Assembly (NCBI GenBank): GCA_040765825.1
Contig: JAXGRO010000002.1
Coordinates: forward strand, 10,293-74,292
DNA: 64,000 nucleotides
From: Methanomassiliicoccales archaeon
GTDB lineage: Archaea > Thermoplasmatota > Thermoplasmata > Methanomassiliicoccales > UBA472
Reading direction: 5' to 3'
Shown here: positions 24,838 through 33,635 of the stretch, piece after piece
Layout: every line of letters begins with the position of its first letter
Position numbering within the stretch: the stretch's first letter is position 1
Notes under the pieces: generated by a model
What the model was told of the DNA's origin: nothing
Database searches by the model: none
Seen by the model: the letters and a program-made list of their open reading frames with translations, nothing else
Made by a program: the position numbers and the translations under genes

Positions 24838-27270
24838 ATGAAGAGACTGGTCATCTCCGAGAAGTCCGATGCCGCGAAGCGCGTGGCCACGATATTGTCC
24901 GAGGGCAGCGCCAAGCGCAAGAGCGTCCGCAGCGTTCAGGTTTTCAACTTCGAGAGGGGTGGGGACGAGTTTTTCGTGGTGGGCCTGCGCGGCCACATAA
25001 TCGAGCTGGATTACCCGCCGGAGTTCAACGACTGGTCCAAGGTGGACCCCGTGGACCTGGTCAAGACCAACCCGGCCAAGCGGGTCACCGCCCTGAACAT
25101 CCTGAGCACCCTGAGCGAGCTGTCGCAGGAGTGCGACGAGGTCATCATCGCCACCGACTTCGACCGGGAAGGGGAGCTCATCGGATTGGAGACGGTCACC
25201 CTGCTGGAGAAGCCCCCGCGGTCGGTGCGCCGCGTCCGCTTCAGCGCCCTGACCAAGTACGAGATAGAGAGGGCCTTCCAGGAGCTGACCGATCCAGACC
25301 ACCGCCTGGCTGAATCTGCGGAGACCAGGCAGGTCATCGACCTGGCCTGGGGCGCAGTGCTCACCCGCTTCATCTCCCTGACCAGCGGGCAGATGGGCAA
25401 CAACTTCCTCTCCGTGGGCAGGGTGCAGAGCCCCACCCTGACCCTGATCGTGGACCGCCACAAGGAGATATCCGAGTTCGTCCCGGAGCCCTACTGGACC
25501 GTCTCGGCCAGGATGGAGAAGGACCTGGATTTCTCAGGCAATCACATAGCCAACCCCTTCAAGGACGAGACTACCGCCGAGGGCGCCCGCCAGAGGGCGG
25601 ACTGCGGCAAGGGGATGGTCCTGGGGATGGAGCGCAAGGAGAAGGACGAGTACCCTCCCGCCCCTTTCAACACCACCACCATGCTCAGCGAGGCCAACAA
25701 GCTTGGCCTCTCCCCGTCCATGGCCATGAAGGTGGCCGAGGACCTGTACACCTCCGGTTACATCTCATACCCCAGGACCGACAACACCGTCTATCCCAGG
25801 TCCCTGAGCCTCAGGAACATCCTGGAGAAGCTCAAGAAATCCGACCTGGGCAAGGAGGCCGAGGAGGTGCTGGCCCAGGAGCAGATCCGCCCTTCCCGCG
25901 GAAGGGTGGAGACCACCGACCATCCGCCCATCTACCCCACGGAGGCGGCCACCAAGAAGGAGCTGAAGGGGGCGAAGTGGACGCTCTACGAGCTGGTGAC
26001 CAGGCGCTTCCTGGCCACCCTGGCGCCCTCCGCGCGTTCTGAATCCGCAAGATGCGACGTGGTGCTGGGGGGCGAGCCATTCCGCGCCGAGGGCTACCGC
26101 CTGCTCTCCCTTGGCTGGAGGAGGTACTATCCCTACTGGAGGGTCACCGAGGTCCTGCTGCCGGAGCTCAGGCAGGGCGACCAGGTGCTGGTGAAGGAGG
26201 TCAGCTGCGAGAAGAAGGAGACCAAGCCGCCCTCCCGGTACTCCCAGGGCACCCTGCTGCAGGAGATGGAAAAGCTAAGGCTGGGCACCAAGTCCACCAG
26301 GCATGACATCATCCAGAAGCTCTACGACCGCAAGTACGTGGACGGCAACGACCTGGTGCCGACCCTGAGCGGGGTGGCCGTGGTCTCCGCCCTGCAGAAG
26401 CACGCCCAGATCGTCACCGAGAGCCGCATGACCGCCCAGTTGGAGAAGGACATGGATTCCATCGCCAACGGAGAGTCCACCCTGGCCGAGGTGGTCCAGG
26501 AGTCCCAGGCCATGCTCCTGGACATCCTGGAGGTCATGAACAGGAACCGCAAGGAGATCGGCGATGAGATCAGGGGTGCCCTGCAGGAGCAGCGCTTCAT
26601 CGGGACCTGCCCCAAGTGCGGCAAGGACCTGCGCATCATCCGCTCCAAGAAGGGCAGCGAGTTCATCGGCTGCTCCGGATATCCCGAGTGCGACGTCACC
26701 TATCCCAAGCCGGGAGGGGCCCTGGTCCAGCCGAGCGAGGAGAAGTGCGAGGCCTGCGGCCTGCCCATGGTCAAGGTCATTCGCCGCGGCAACCCGGTGC
26801 GGGTGCAGTGCATAGACCCGGACTGCTCAACCAACCAGGGCAAGGACGTGGTGGGCGATTGCCCGGAGTGCGGCAAGGAGCTCCGCGTCCTGTACTCCAG
26901 GGCGGGCAAGCGCTTCCTGGGATGCTCCGGGTATCCCGATTGCAAGCGGACCTATCCCCTGCCCCAGTACGGCACGCTGGAGTTCCTGGGGGAGAAGTGC
27001 CCGGAGTGCGGCGCGCCGGTGCTGAGGGTCAAGGGGCGCGGAGGATGGAAGTTCTGCGCGAACATGGATTGCCCAACAGGCAAGAAGGCCAAGGAATCCA
27101 AGGCCGAGGGGGAGGCCGCCCCCAAGGCGAAGAGGCCGGCAGCCAAAAAGGCCGCCAAGCCCAAGAAGGCCGTCAAGAAGGAAGAGGCTGCCGAGAAGCC
27201 TGCGGCCAAGAAGGCCGCGAAGAGGCCGGCCGCAAAAAAGGCGGAGAAGAAGGTCAGCCCAGCTGAATGA
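24838..27270 (+). CDS. topA: DNA topoisomerase I (type IA) with Zn-ribbon repeats and a Lys/Ala-rich tail
   Basis: Toprim N-terminus (LVISEKSDAAKRVA, ATDFDREGE), catalytic Tyr region GYISYPRTDN, four C-terminal CxxC...CxxC zinc ribbons, and a terminal tail AKKAAKPKKAVKK..AAKKAAKRPAAKKAEKK. Confidence 0.95.
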   Translation: MKRLVISEKSDAAKRVATILSEGSAKRKSVRSVQVFNFERGGDEFFVVGLRGHIIELDYPPEFNDWSKVDPVDLVKTNPAKRVTALNILSTLSELSQECDEVIIATDFDREGELIGLETVTLLEKPPRSVRRVRFSALTKYEIERAFQELTDPDHRLAESAETRQVIDLAWGAVLTRFISLTSGQMGNNFLSVGRVQSPTLTLIVDRHKEISEFVPEPYWTVSARMEKDLDFSGNHIANPFKDETTAEGARQRADCGKGMVLGMERKEKDEYPPAPFNTTTMLSEANKLGLSPSMAMKVAEDLYTSGYISYPRTDNTVYPRSLSLRNILEKLKKSDLGKEAEEVLAQEQIRPSRGRVETTDHPPIYPTEAATKKELKGAKWTLYELVTRRFLATLAPSARSESARCDVVLGGEPFRAEGYRLLSLGWRRYYPYWRVTEVLLPELRQGDQVLVKEVSCEKKETKPPSRYSQGTLLQEMEKLRLGTKSTRHDIIQKLYDRKYVDGNDLVPTLSGVAVVSALQKHAQIVTESRMTAQLEKDMDSIANGESTLAEVVQESQAMLLDILEVMNRNRKEIGDEIRGALQEQRFIGTCPKCGKDLRIIRSKKGSEFIGCSGYPECDVTYPKPGGALVQPSEEKCEACGLPMVKVIRRGNPVRVQCIDPDCSTNQGKDVVGDCPECGKELRVLYSRAGKRFLGCSGYPDCKRTYPLPQYGTLEFLGEKCPECGAPVLRVKGRGGWKFCANMDCPTGKKAKESKAEGEAAPKAKRPAAKKAAKPKKAVKKEEAAEKPAAKKAAKRPAAKKAEKKVSPAE

Positions 27271-27667
27271 GGTCCTTCTGCTCTATCTCCAGGTCCTCGA
27301 TCCCCAGGGACGAGCTCCCCTGGAAGCTGCGCCTGGCGCATTCCGCGGTGATGCGGACCAGCTCCTTCTTGGCCAGGCCGTACTGCAGAACGTTCACGAT
27401 GACCTCGACCGAATCCAATGGCTGCTCGAACCGGCCCTTGCAGCGCACCCGGGCGTCGTGATCGGTCACGCTGCAGGTTATGAAGGAGCTGCCGACCTCC
27501 ACCACGCACTTGATGTGCCCGATGAGGCGCGTGCCGGCCTCCAGGCAGTCCATGGCCACCCCGGACATGAAGGATTCCAGCATCTGCTGGGCCTTTTCCG
27601 GGGGGACCGCGGCAGGGAACCTGACGCTCAGTCGGGCGGCGTAGGCGGCGAAGTCCTCGGTGATCAT
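27254..27667 (-). CDS. hypothetical protein translationally coupled to the COG0523 GTPase
   Basis: The ATG at 27667 overlaps the upstream stop (ATGA). 137 aa, no family recognised. The 3' end overlaps the topA 3' end by 17 nt (convergent). Confidence 0.55.
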   Translation of the reverse strand: MITEDFAAYAARLSVRFPAAVPPEKAQQMLESFMSGVAMDCLEAGTRLIGHIKCVVEVGSSFITCSVTDHDARVRCKGRFEQPLDSVEVIVNVLQYGLAKKELVRITAECARRSFQGSSSLGIEDLEIEQKDLIQLG

Positions 27668-28263
27668 GCTCCCACTAATCTGCTCACGAATACATCCAAA
27701 TTATGCCCGTTGACGCTGGACACGGGGATGATGGGCTTATCGCCGATCCTCTCCCTGGTGTACCTCTCGACCTCCGCCAGGCGGGCCTCGTCCACCTCGT
27801 CGGTCTTGCTGACCACCACCATGTCCGCCACCCGCATCTGCTTGGCCAGGGGGTGCTTCATGGCCTGGATGAGTATGGGGAAGCGCACTGCGTCCAGAAC
27901 GATGACCACCCTTATGCTGCCCAGGGGCTGGCCGCGGTAGTGCTCCATGGTGGCCAGGATGGCGTCGGGATCGGCGATGCCTGAGGGCTCGACCACCACC
28001 AGGTCCGGGTGGTAGTTGTCCTGTATGCTCCTCACCGCGTCCAGGAAGTTAGGGCCCAGGGTGCAGCATATGCACCCGCGGGGAAGCTCCTTCACCTGCA
28101 GCCCGTACTTCTCCATGACCTTGCCGTCGATCCCGATGTTCCCGAAGTCGTTAACGATGACCGCGACCTTCTTACCGGTGCGCTCGGAGATCTTGTCGAT
28201 GCTGTTGAGGATGAGCGAGGTCTTCCCGCTGCCCAGGAAGCCGGCGATGATTACCATGTCCAT
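27664..28263 (-). CDS. COG0523/CobW-family G3E GTPase (metallochaperone), N-terminal domain only
   Basis: Walker A GFLGSGKTS, metal-binding GCICCTL, EPSGIADP and SKTD (NKxD-like). The ATG at 28263 gives 199 aa with no CobW C-terminal domain. Confidence 0.85.
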   Translation of the reverse strand: MDMVIIAGFLGSGKTSLILNSIDKISERTGKKVAVIVNDFGNIGIDGKVMEKYGLQVKELPRGCICCTLGPNFLDAVRSIQDNYHPDLVVVEPSGIADPDAILATMEHYRGQPLGSIRVVIVLDAVRFPILIQAMKHPLAKQMRVADMVVVSKTDEVDEARLAEVERYTRERIGDKPIIPVSSVNGHNLDVFVSRLVGA

Positions 28264-28340
28264 TTGAACCACCTTGAACTGGAAAAAATCAATCCAGGGC
28301 GACGTATAAGAAACTTCCCAGAAAAAAAGGTTGCGAGGGG

Positions 28341-28580
28341 TCACCCCTCGAGAAGGCCGTAGAACTCGCTGTCCAGGTCCTCCTTCTCCAATGCCACCCT
28401 CCGGTTGCGGCAAGCCCGGCATTCCACCGGTTTCCCCATCATCCGCCTCCGGTGCACCGTGGCCCGGTCCAAGCGCGCCAGGCAGCCGCAGGCGCAGAGC
28501 ACCGTGGCCCCCTGCCATTCGCCGAACGGCGAGGAGAGGCTTACATGCCGCTCACCGCTCAGGTCGGGAAGGACGATCAT
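28341..28580 (-). CDS. small Cys-rich (zinc-ribbon-like) hypothetical protein
   Basis: CACGC...CRAC. ATG 28580 is preceded by GGGAAAGG. The longest ORF uses a TTG at 28667, so the start is uncertain. Confidence 0.4.
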   Translation of the reverse strand: MIVLPDLSGERHVSLSSPFGEWQGATVLCACGCLARLDRATVHRRRMMGKPVECRACRNRRVALEKEDLDSEFYGLLEG

Positions 28581-28865
28581 CCTTTCCCGCAACGGGACCT
28601 GCAGGTGAGGTTGACGCACCTCACCGTCCGACCTGAGCATAGCTTGCGCTATTTGACCGTTAAGCAATAAACCCCTTCCTATTCAGAGCATGCTGCCCCC
28701 CTCAACCAGCAGCCCACAAGTTACTGGACGGAAGACCTAACCCCTCGCAATCTTCTGAACAGAAGGCCTAAGGCGGTGGGATATTTTAAAGATTTCCTTA
28801 ACGAACTATACGGTTTTTTATCTTATCCAGCATGATAATGTACAACTGCGTTTTTCGCAAGATTT

Positions 28866-28910
28866 TTCATATAAAAGAGAAGGAGGGCGTTACCCGCTAG
28901 GAGCCCTCCT
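28866..28910 (-). terminator. hairpin plus T-rich tract downstream of lrp
   Basis: An 8-bp stem AGGAGGGC/GCCCTCCT (28881-28888 / 28903-28910) with a 14-nt loop, starting 20 nt after the lrp stop. On the minus strand it is followed by TCTCTTTTATATG. Confidence 0.45.
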
Positions 28911-28930
28911 ACCCGTACGCTTTCATCTGC

Positions 28931-29371
28931 CTATTCGTCCTTCACCGAGGCGAAGCAGGTGCAGGTGAGCGTGCGTCCCACCCCGTCCATCTGCCTGATC
29001 TTGTCGATGACCAGGTCCCCGATGCGCTCCATGGACTCCCCGCGCACCTTCAGCAGGATGTCGTGCTCCCCGGAGATTAGGTGGACCTCGTGCACCCCGA
29101 CCAGGCGGCTGATGCGATCGGCCAGCTCCCTCTGGGATTGGTTGTTGTTCGGCAGGAAGGAGACGAAGATGAAGGCGGTGACCGGCTCCCCCAGCTTCCC
29201 GAAGTCCGGGACCACGGTGAATCCCTTGATGATCCCCCGCTCGGTCATCCTGCGGATGCGCTCGTGGACGGTGGCCCGGGGGATGTTGAGGTCCTTGGCG
29301 ATGGACTTGGTGCTGCGCCTGGAATCCTTCTCCAGCTCATTCAGGATGGCCCGGTCCTTGTCATCGAGCAT
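28931..29371 (-). CDS. lrp: Lrp/AsnC family transcriptional regulator
   Basis: HTH region DKDRAILNELEKDSRRSTKSIAKDLNIPRATVHERIRRM plus a C-terminal AsnC-type ligand domain. Confidence 0.9.
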   Translation of the reverse strand: MLDDKDRAILNELEKDSRRSTKSIAKDLNIPRATVHERIRRMTERGIIKGFTVVPDFGKLGEPVTAFIFVSFLPNNNQSQRELADRISRLVGVHEVHLISGEHDILLKVRGESMERIGDLVIDKIRQMDGVGRTLTCTCFASVKDE

Positions 29372-29407
29372 TAGGAATGGGAATACGCTCCCGCTAAATT
29401 ATCTTTG

Positions 29408-29836
29408 CTAATTGGACTGGGGCTCCACCGACACCTCGATGTCTATGCCCTCGCGCACCGCCGCGCTGACCGTGCAGAAGTCCTCGAAAAGGGGAAGGCA
29501 GCGCTCCAGCTTGGCCAGGTCCTCCACCTCCGGGCGAATGGTCACCTGCATGCGCTGCACCCGCAGCCTGCCCTTCTCGTTCCTTCCCAGGGTGGTGCGC
29601 ACGGTGGCCCTGATGGTCTGCGGCTCCGCGCGGGCCTTGCGCAGGCAGAAGGCCAGGGAGGCGCACAGGCAGTTGCCCACCGCCGCCGACAGGTAGCGGG
29701 TGGCGTTGGGGTACTTCCCAGCGCCTACCGGTACCGGCTCGTCTGAACGCACGTCCGCCAGGCCCTCATCGTCGAACTCGATGCGGAACTGGTAGTCGTG
29801 CTCCATCTCCAGCTCGGTGATGAACTCCTCCTGCAT
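29408..29836 (-). CDS. OsmC/Ohr family peroxiredoxin-like protein
   Basis: The size fits, and two conserved Cys regions (GNCLCASLAFC and FCTVSAAV) are typical of OsmC-like proteins. Confidence 0.8.
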   Translation of the reverse strand: MQEEFITELEMEHDYQFRIEFDDEGLADVRSDEPVPVGAGKYPNATRYLSAAVGNCLCASLAFCLRKARAEPQTIRATVRTTLGRNEKGRLRVQRMQVTIRPEVEDLAKLERCLPLFEDFCTVSAAVREGIDIEVSVEPQSN

Positions 29837-29840
29837 ACCC

Positions 29841-31046
29841 TCACTCCCTCAATCTTTCCAGCTGCCGGAGCACCCGGCGGCGGATCTCCTCGGCCGGCTC
29901 CTCGGGCACCAGCCTCTTGCCCTTCTCGATCACCTTGACCTCGGCCCATCTCATCTCCGTGCCGCAGGAGCACTTGGGGGGCATGTGGCGGTCCAGGGAG
30001 ACCTCGTACTCCAGGCAGTCGGGGCAGCGGAACACGTACTTGCGCCCGGCGAACTTACCCCTCTTGGCCACCGGCCTTCCGCCCTTCTCCACGATGTCCA
30101 TGGCGAAGTCCACGGTGGGGGCGTTGCTGATGGAGGTCCCCACCCCGAACCCGGAGGCCCCGGCCGCGGCCAGCTCCCTGACCTTGGCCTCATCCAGTCC
30201 GCCGGAGACGAAAACCCCTACGCCGGTATAGCCGCGCAGGTCCAGCTCCCAGCGCACCTCGCGCACGATGTCGGTCATGGACCCGCGGCGGGAGCCGGGG
30301 GTGTCCAGGCGCACCGAGCGCAGGCCGGGCATCTCCTCCGCGGCCATGACGGCCTCGGCCTTCTCGTCGAAGAAGGTGTCGGTGAGGGCCACCCGGGGGA
30401 CGTTGGGGTCGATGATCTCCCCGTAGGCCCGGAAGGCCTGCCTCTGGTCGCCCATCATGATGACCAGGGCGTGGGGCATGGTGCCGCTGGCAGGCTTCCC
30501 GACCAGCTCCGCGCCCTTCAGGGAGGAGACCCCGTCGCAGCCTCCTATGTAGGAAGAACGGTCGATGACCGGGGCCAGGGCCGGATGCATGCGGCGCACC
30601 CCGAAGGATATCACCGGCAGACCGCCAGAGGCCTTCTTGCAGCGGGCCGCCATGGTGGCCACCCCGCTGGCGTAGCAGATGAAGCCCAGGGCGGGGGTCT
30701 CCAGGGAGCAGTACTGGCCGTAGGGGCCGTCGATGGCCGCCACCGGGAGCTTGATCCCCCGCTTGCTGCGGCTGGTGAATATGGAACCCTCGGGCAGCGC
30801 GTAAAGGTCCAGGTCCCGGCCCTCCAGGATGCGCACCATCTCCTCCGTTCCGCAAAGGACCGCCCAGGGCCAGGCATCCGGCAGCGAGGCCACGGTGAAC
30901 TCGGACCTGGTGGGGGTGTCCAACAGGCCCTTGGCCTTCAGGATCTGCTCGGTCCTCTGGAAGTAGACGTCGGTGGTGGATCCGTTCCGAATGTCCTCGT
31001 GCTCGGCGGAGAAGAACTTGCCCATGTCATCACCTGCATTGGCCAA
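29841..31046 (-). CDS. pncB: nicotinate phosphoribosyltransferase (archaeal type, C-terminal zinc ribbon)
   Basis: N-terminal DVYFQRT and TIM-barrel PRTase blocks (GVRRMHP, VRLDTPGSRRG, SGGLDE), with a C-terminal CPDC...CSCG. Confidence 0.85.
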   Translation of the reverse strand: MANAGDDMGKFFSAEHEDIRNGSTTDVYFQRTEQILKAKGLLDTPTRSEFTVASLPDAWPWAVLCGTEEMVRILEGRDLDLYALPEGSIFTSRSKRGIKLPVAAIDGPYGQYCSLETPALGFICYASGVATMAARCKKASGGLPVISFGVRRMHPALAPVIDRSSYIGGCDGVSSLKGAELVGKPASGTMPHALVIMMGDQRQAFRAYGEIIDPNVPRVALTDTFFDEKAEAVMAAEEMPGLRSVRLDTPGSRRGSMTDIVREVRWELDLRGYTGVGVFVSGGLDEAKVRELAAAGASGFGVGTSISNAPTVDFAMDIVEKGGRPVAKRGKFAGRKYVFRCPDCLEYEVSLDRHMPPKCSCGTEMRWAEVKVIEKGKRLVPEEPAEEIRRRVLRQLERLRE

Positions 31047-31073
31047 AGCGGCTTACGTGCTCATCAACCTTCT

Positions 31074-32345
31074 TCAGATAAAGGCGTCCCTGCCCAGGTA
31101 CCTAGCCCTGCTCCCCAGGGATTCCTCTATGCGCAACAGGCGGTTGTACTTGGCGGTCCTCTCCGTGCGCGCGGGGGCCCCGCTCTTGATCTGCCCGCAT
31201 TCCAATCCCACGGCCAGATCGGCCATGGTGGTGTCCTCCGATTCGCCGGAGCGGTGGCTGACCATCACCCGGTACTTGTTGTCGTAGCAGATGCGGGCGG
31301 CGCGCACGGCCTCGCTGACCGTGCCGATCTGGTTGACCTTCAACAGCATGGCGTTGCCCGCCCGGGCCTCGATGCCCTTCTGCAGGCGGGACGGGTTGGT
31401 GACGAAAAGGTCGTCCCCCACCAGCTGGAGCCGTCCGCCCACCTTCCTGGTGAGCTCGGCCATGTCCCCGAAGGCATCCTCCTGCACCGGGTCCTCCAGG
31501 CTGATGAGCGGGTACTCCTTGCTCAGGGCGACGTAGAAGTCCACGATCTCCCCGGGGGAGAGCCTCTTGCCGTCCAGCTCGTAAACGCCATCGGAATGGA
31601 ACTCGCTGGCCGCGGCGTCCATGGCCAGGTAGACCTCCTTGCCCGGAGCGTATCCGGCCGCCTCGATGGCCTTCAGCAGCACGTCCATGGCCTGGCGGCT
31701 GGTGTCGAAGGCCGGGGCGAACCCGCCCTCGTCGCCGACGTTGATGGACATGGCGCCCATTCCCTTCTTGAGCACCTGCTTCAGCGAATGATAGACCTCC
31801 GCGCCGACGCGCAGGGACTCGGCGAAATTGGGAACGCCGCAGGGCACGATCATGAACTCCTGGATCTTGAGGTTGCTGCCGGCGTGCTTCCCGCCGTTGA
31901 TGACGTTCATGCACGGCACCGGTAGGACCTTGCTCGAAGAGCCGAGATGCTCGTGCAGCTCGACGCCCTTCAGGATCGCCCCGGCCTTGGCCGCGGCGTA
32001 GGAGACGGCGGTGGTGGCGTTCCCGCCCAACCTGGACATGTTCCCTGTTCCATCCAGCTCGATCATCGCCGCGTCGATGGCCTTCAGGTCGCTGACGTCC
32101 ATGCCCTTCAGCTTGGGGGAGATGAGCTCGCGCACGTTGCGCACCGCCTTCTGAACCCCCTTCCCGCCGTACCTGGCGTCGCCGTCCCTCAGCTCCAACG
32201 CCTCGAACGTTCCGGTGGACGCCCCCGAGGGCGCGATGGCCGTGACCATGACCGCCTCGGTCTCCACCTGGGCCTCCACAGTGGGGTTCCCCCGGGAATC
32301 CAAGACCTCTCTGCTCCAAACTCTGGTAATGGTTAGTTCTGACAT
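31074..32345 (-). CDS. eno: enolase
   Basis: SHRSGESEDTTMADLAV, plus the LLKVNQIGT and GDDLFVTN signature blocks. Confidence 0.97.
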   Translation of the reverse strand: MSELTITRVWSREVLDSRGNPTVEAQVETEAVMVTAIAPSGASTGTFEALELRDGDARYGGKGVQKAVRNVRELISPKLKGMDVSDLKAIDAAMIELDGTGNMSRLGGNATTAVSYAAAKAGAILKGVELHEHLGSSSKVLPVPCMNVINGGKHAGSNLKIQEFMIVPCGVPNFAESLRVGAEVYHSLKQVLKKGMGAMSINVGDEGGFAPAFDTSRQAMDVLLKAIEAAGYAPGKEVYLAMDAAASEFHSDGVYELDGKRLSPGEIVDFYVALSKEYPLISLEDPVQEDAFGDMAELTRKVGGRLQLVGDDLFVTNPSRLQKGIEARAGNAMLLKVNQIGTVSEAVRAARICYDNKYRVMVSHRSGESEDTTMADLAVGLECGQIKSGAPARTERTAKYNRLLRIEESLGSRARYLGRDAFI

Positions 32346-32363
32346 GATCTCAAGCTCCGAACG

Positions 32364-33302
32364 TCATTGACGCTTGGCCTCTTCGGCCTCGATGATCTCC
32401 ATATTACGTTCCAGCAGCGCCAGCTCCCTGGTCTCCAGGGTGCGCGGGTCGACGGACACGATGAGGCGGGAGCGGTTCTCCATCACCGCCTCGGTGACAT
32501 GGTGGACCATCCTCAGCACCTTGTCGAAATCGTTGTTCACGATCAGGAACTCTATGCCGTCGATGAGGATGACACCGTCGCCGCTCTTCTCCACGAAGCG
32601 GATGATGGTGTCGCTAAGGATACCAATGTTGGACGGGTTGACGTAAACCTTGCCGAGCTGGTTGCTCAGCCAGATGATGGGCGTCTTCTCCAGCCCCCAC
32701 TCCTTGCGGATGATGGTGGGATGCTGGCGGGTCACGCACAGACCCTGGATGTTGTGGGTGACCTGGTCCACGAAGATCTCGAAGGACTTGTTCGGCTTGG
32801 TCTCCTTGACCAGATAGCTGAACCCCCGGCGCAGCTCGTACACCTTGGCGCTGCTGCGGGCCACCTCCATGCCGCTCTCCTCCTCCCTCTTACGGAGCAG
32901 GGAGCGCAGGCCCTTGCGGTCCTTCTCGCTCTTCTGATCGTCCTTCACCTGCGGTTGGTCTCCCAGGATCTCCCGGAAACGCGCCGCCAGCTCGTCGTTG
33001 TTGAACGGTTTCCGTATGTAACCGGAGACCACGTCCTGCAACCCGAAGATGTCGGTGCCGATCTCGGTGGTGGCGGTGAGCATCATTATCTTGGTGTTCT
33101 CGGCCATCCCCTTGTCCTTGATGGTGCGGAGAACGGACCAGCCGTCCATGTCCGGCATGTTGATGTCCAGCAGCACCAGGTCCGGTCTTTCGGATTGTAT
33201 CTTGGACAGGCACTCCCGGCCGCCGGTGGCGGTCATGGGCTGGTAACCCGCGGCGGAGATCAGTTCAGATACGATCTCCAGGATAGCGGTGTTGTCGTCC
33301 AC
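32364..33302 (-). CDS. response regulator receiver domain fused to a DUF835-like output domain
   Basis: CheY-like DD...LLDINMPDMDG...K. The C-terminal half (CVTRQHPTIIRKEWGLEKTPIIWLS..GDGVILIDGIEFL) resembles DUF835. The first canonical start (GTG 33302) cuts off beta-1; the true start is probably near 33320. Confidence 0.8.
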   Translation of the reverse strand: MDDNTAILEIVSELISAAGYQPMTATGGRECLSKIQSERPDLVLLDINMPDMDGWSVLRTIKDKGMAENTKIMMLTATTEIGTDIFGLQDVVSGYIRKPFNNDELAARFREILGDQPQVKDDQKSEKDRKGLRSLLRKREEESGMEVARSSAKVYELRRGFSYLVKETKPNKSFEIFVDQVTHNIQGLCVTRQHPTIIRKEWGLEKTPIIWLSNQLGKVYVNPSNIGILSDTIIRFVEKSGDGVILIDGIEFLIVNNDFDKVLRMVHHVTEAVMENRSRLIVSVDPRTLETRELALLERNMEIIEAEEAKRQ

Positions 33303-33433
33303 GACCAGAATCTTCTTGATAAGGATCCCCCCAGGCTAAAGACGTCAGGTCATATGCTCAGGTGATTAAAAATCCTATCCCCTGGAATTAATCTGGGGAT
33401 AATGATGGTGAAGAAGAGGTTTGGGATTCTGGT

Positions 33434-33583
33434 TTAAGCCTTGCGGCTCTCTTTGGCCTTCAGGCGCAGCGAGGTGTATCCGCACTTGCGGCACCTGGTG
33501 GCCTTAATGGCATTACGGGCATAGCAACTCAGGCAGACCTTCTTGTTCAGCAGCCTTTCGTCAGCTTCCTTGAAACGCGCCAT
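33434..33583 (-). CDS. rpl40e: 50S ribosomal protein L40e
   Basis: Not in the ORF track (49 aa): [49 protein letters not shown]. It has the CxxC...CxxC zinc ribbon and the MARF N-terminus typical of archaeal L40e. A GGAG SD lies upstream. Confidence 0.9.
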   Translation of the reverse strand: MARFKEADERLLNKKVCLSCYARNAIKATRCRKCGYTSLRLKAKESRKA

Positions 33584-33635
33584 TTGACTCCTCCGGGCTT
33601 GAAATAGGGAGCCGGTATAAATATGTTGTCAATGG

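Noticed and set aside
28670-28930. A 260-bp AT-rich spacer containing a 22-codon ORF (ATGATAATGTAC...).
   Set aside because: The ORF has no SD, is tiny and is unconserved-looking. The region is better explained by the lrp terminator hairpin plus the promoter of the downstream COG0523 operon.
29817-31925. Very long ORFs antisense to confidently identified genes. Examples: 29817-31925 (702 aa), 36991-39204 (737 aa), 5155-6186, 6165-7373, 7767-8939, 8728-9993, 11522-13039, 12849-14138, 14142-15440, 15316-16497, 53526-54941, 59785-61296 and 60705-62078.
   Set aside because: Their translations are dominated by Arg/Gly/Pro/His/Ala with no motifs. They lie exactly opposite genes with unmistakable family signatures (eno, pncB, helicase, PPK2, DEAD, cooS and others). 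This is the expected stop-codon-poor antisense frame of a ~62% GC genome.
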